The notes under the pieces: generated by a model
The model's database searches: none
The model's input: only the letters and a program-made list of their open reading frames with translations
Told to the model about the DNA's origin: nothing
Made by a program: the position numbers and the translations under genes
In this document: in pieces, positions 45,101 to 46,848 of the stretch
Layout of the letters: every line of letters starts with the position of its first letter
Numbering within the stretch: the first letter of the stretch is position 1
NCBI GenBank assembly: GCA_947426525.1
Contig: CANEEJ010000006.1
Span: 1-46,848 of the forward strand
Length of the DNA: 46,848 nt
Source: an uncultured Clostridium sp.
GTDB taxonomy: Bacteria > Bacillota > Clostridia > TANB77 > CAG-508
Direction of reading: 5' to 3'

Positions 45101-45926
45101 GAATTTAGGTCAAGTTTTAGAAGTACACTTAGGAGGAGCTGCTAAAGCATTAGGATGGAAAATTGCTACACCAGTATTTGATGGAGCAACTGAGGCTGAT
45201 GTAAAAGAATTATTAGCAAAAGCTGGTATGAGTGAAGATGGAAAAACTATTTTATACGATGGTAGAACAGGAGATCCATTTGATAAACCAATCACAGTTG
45301 GTGTTATGTATATGTTAAAACTTCATCACTTAGTAGATGACAAAATTCATGCTCGTTCAACTGGACCATACTCACTAGTTACACAACAACCTCTAGGAGG
45401 TAAAGCACAGTTTGGTGGACAACGTTTTGGAGAGATGGAAGTTTGGGCATTGGAAGCTTATGGTGCATCTTATACCTTACAAGAAATGCTAACCGTTAAA
45501 TCAGACGATATCGTAGGAAGAGTAAAAACTTATGAAGCAATTGTTAAAGGGGAAAACATTCCAGAGCCAGGAGTTCCAGAAAGCTTTAAAGTTCTTGTAA
45601 AAGAATTACAATCTTTAGGATTAGACGTTCGTCTATATTCAGAAGATAACGAAGAATTGGAACTAAAAGAAAACATCGAAGAAGGAATTGAATATGACCC
45701 TGAAAAAGATAAGAAAATATTATCAGAAGACCAAGTAATTGCAGATGGTGACTTAGACGGATATAGTGAAGAGTTAGAAGATGATGTGTTACTAGAGGAA
45801 GAGACAAGTGATATGGAAGAAGATAATGATGAACTTTTCGAAGATTTAGGGGATGAAGATGACGAATTGTTATATGATAATGATTTGGCAAGTGATAATA
45901 TTGATAATGATGAAGATATCATTTAA
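42165..45926 (+). CDS. rpoB: DNA-directed RNA polymerase subunit beta
   Basis: [50 protein letters not shown] 42165 is well spaced from AAGGAG. Confidence 0.99.
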   Translation: MKIKEVNYEKASRKDFAKVGDYIEMPNLIKVQKDSYDWFVEEGLGEVLRDISPIEDYSGNLVLEFFDYYMEEKTKYSVEEAKERDATYSTRLHVKVRLINRETGEIKEQEIYLGDFPLMTDSGTFVINGAERVVVSQLVRSPGCYYGEEFDTKTGKRTYNSTVMPLRGAWLEYETDGNDIFYVRVDRTRKVPVTTLLRAIGVISDDQIRELFGDEEMITATIAKDTIKDQDEALIEIYKKLRPGELPTVDAARNLFNGLFYDNKRYDLDKVGRYKFNQKLAIAGRIKDKIAAEDIMDSETGEVFVQAGEMISEEVAEEIQNAGINSVDILVGERKVRIIGNSTVNIHKVLPTVDLSKLHIKELVNYNVLKNIVDNTDEKDLVKALQERMDELVPKHITTEDMIASINYLLNLSHGLGKPDDIDHLANRRIRCVGELLQNQFRIGLTRLERVVRERMTIQDLDVVTPQTLINTKPITSAIREFFGSSQLSQFMDQTNPLSELTHKRRISALGPGGLTRERAGFEVRDVHYTHYGRLCPIESPEGPNIGLISALSSFASINEYGFIETPYRKVDPKTHKLTDIVEYMSADVEDNYIIAQASEPIDKNGRFVDERIRVRFKNEVIEVDRDKVQYVDVSPKQLVSIAAAMIPFLEHDDAKRALMGANMQRQAVPLMITESPIIGTGIEYRAAKDSGILVLAEEDGVIEKVTGDSITVKYDNKKTITHKLRKFKRTNGGTCINQKPIVKAGEKVKKGDAIADGPSTSNGEMALGKNVLVAFSTWEGYNYEDAILINEKLVKEDVFTSIHIEEYDCECRDTKLGAEEITRDIPNIGDDSLKDLDENGIIRIGAEVRPGDILVGKVTPKGETELTAEERLLRAIFGEKAREVRDTSLRVPHGEAGTIVDVKIFTRDNSDELGPGVNQIIRCYIATKRKISVGDKMAGRHGNKGVISRVLPEEDMPFMPDGTPIDILLNPLGVPSRMNLGQVLEVHLGGAAKALGWKIATPVFDGATEADVKELLAKAGMSEDGKTILYDGRTGDPFDKPITVGVMYMLKLHHLVDDKIHARSTGPYSLVTQQPLGGKAQFGGQRFGEMEVWALEAYGASYTLQEMLTVKSDDIVGRVKTYEAIVKGENIPEPGVPESFKVLVKELQSLGLDVRLYSEDNEELELKENIEEGIEYDPEKDKKILSEDQVIADGDLDGYSEELEDDVLLEEETSDMEEDNDELFEDLGDEDDELLYDNDLASDNIDNDEDII

Positions 45927-46027
45927 TTAAATAAATTTCAAAAAGACAAGAAGCGACCAGAAGGAATTGCAAGAGCAGGGGATAGACTTCAAAATCTGTT
46001 TTGAGATTAACCTATTAAAACCATTGG

Positions 46028-46072
46028 AGATGTGTCCCAAATCCGACATTTATGTCGGAAAAGAACCGTCCC
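46028..46072. repeat. 45-bp GGGAC-containing element, copy 2 (inverted)
   Basis: 43/45 match to reverse complement of 8044-8088. Confidence 0.9.
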
Positions 46073-46096
46073 CAATAGGACATGGGAGGAAAAAGA

Positions 46097-46848
46097 GTGG
46101 ACGAATTAGATATTTTTAATAAATTAAAAATAGGTGTGGCATCTGATGAGAAAGTAAGAGAGTGGTCAAAAGGTGAAGTTAAAAAGCCAGAAACAATTAA
46201 TTATAGAACATTAAAACCAGAAAAAGATGGTTTGTTCTGTGAGAGAATATTTGGGCCAACAAAAGACTGGGAATGTCACTGTGGTAAATATAAGAGAGTG
46301 AGATATAAAGGAATTGTGTGTGACCGTTGTGGAGTAGAAGTAACCAAAGCAAAGGTTAGACGTGAAAGAATGGGACATATTGAATTAGCTGCACCAGTAG
46401 CACATATTTGGTATTTTAAAGGAATTCCAAGTAGAATTGCTTTAATGTTAGATATTTCACCAAGAAACTTAGAAAAAATTATTTATTTTGCTTCTTATGT
46501 TGTAATTGACAAAGGAACAACTAACTTAGAAAAATGTCAAGTATTAAATGAAAAAGAATATCATGAAGCAGAAGAACAATATGGAAGAGGTTCTTTTAAA
46601 GCAAAAATGGGAGCAGAAGCTTTAAAAGAATTACTAGAAGCTGTTGATGTAGAAGCATTATCAGCACAAATTAGAAAAGAATTAGAAACAGCAAGTGAAC
46701 AAAAAAGAGTAAAATTAGTAAAAAGATTAGATACGGTAGAAGCATTTAGAATTTCTGGAAATAAACCAGAATGGATGATTATGCAAGTTGTACCAGTTAT
46801 TCCACCAGAATTAAGACCAATGGTACAATTAGATGGTGGTAGATTTGC
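46097..46848 (+). CDS. rpoC: DNA-directed RNA polymerase subunit beta', 3'-truncated by window edge
   Basis: Not in ORF track. GGAGG RBS, GTG start, translates [38 protein letters not shown]...[16 protein letters not shown]. Confidence 0.98.
   Translation, partial: MDELDIFNKLKIGVASDEKVREWSKGEVKKPETINYRTLKPEKDGLFCERIFGPTKDWECHCGKYKRVRYKGIVCDRCGVEVTKAKVRRERMGHIELAAPVAHIWYFKGIPSRIALMLDISPRNLEKIIYFASYVVIDKGTTNLEKCQVLNEKEYHEAEEQYGRGSFKAKMGAEALKELLEAVDVEALSAQIRKELETASEQKRVKLVKRLDTVEAFRISGNKPEWMIMQVVPVIPPELRPMVQLDGGRF

Noticed and set aside
494-45922. Numerous short minus-strand and alternate-frame ORFs
   Set aside because: Shadows of long A-rich genes with F/L/S-biased composition, no RBS or motifs.

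Overview
Low-GC Clostridia-type (Bacillota) chromosomal window; the pilin-like 'G|VTLVALVVTI' protein and gene content suggest an uncultured gut lineage such as TANB77, which is inference only. It holds large surface proteins (two DUF11/SdrD-like proteins, a pilin-like Ig-repeat protein, a ~5,190-aa adhesin), spoIIE, a WG-repeat protein, acpS, tatD, lemA-htpX, a G5/3D protein, exonuclease III, an AI-2E permease, a decayed LRR/LPXTG pseudogene and rpoB-rpoC. Main discovery: four unrelated genes (spoIIE, tatD, exoIII, the giant adhesin) each break frame exactly at an in-frame CGG codon, and each is repaired by a +1 shift (C-GGN). By manual scan I found no in-frame CGG in any uninterrupted coding stretch. 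This points to CGG acting as a general +1 frameshift (or 4-base) codon in this organism, although a systematic sequencing artefact has to be excluded. The window also has a family of intergenic GGGAC-containing hairpin repeats and a structured rpoB leader.
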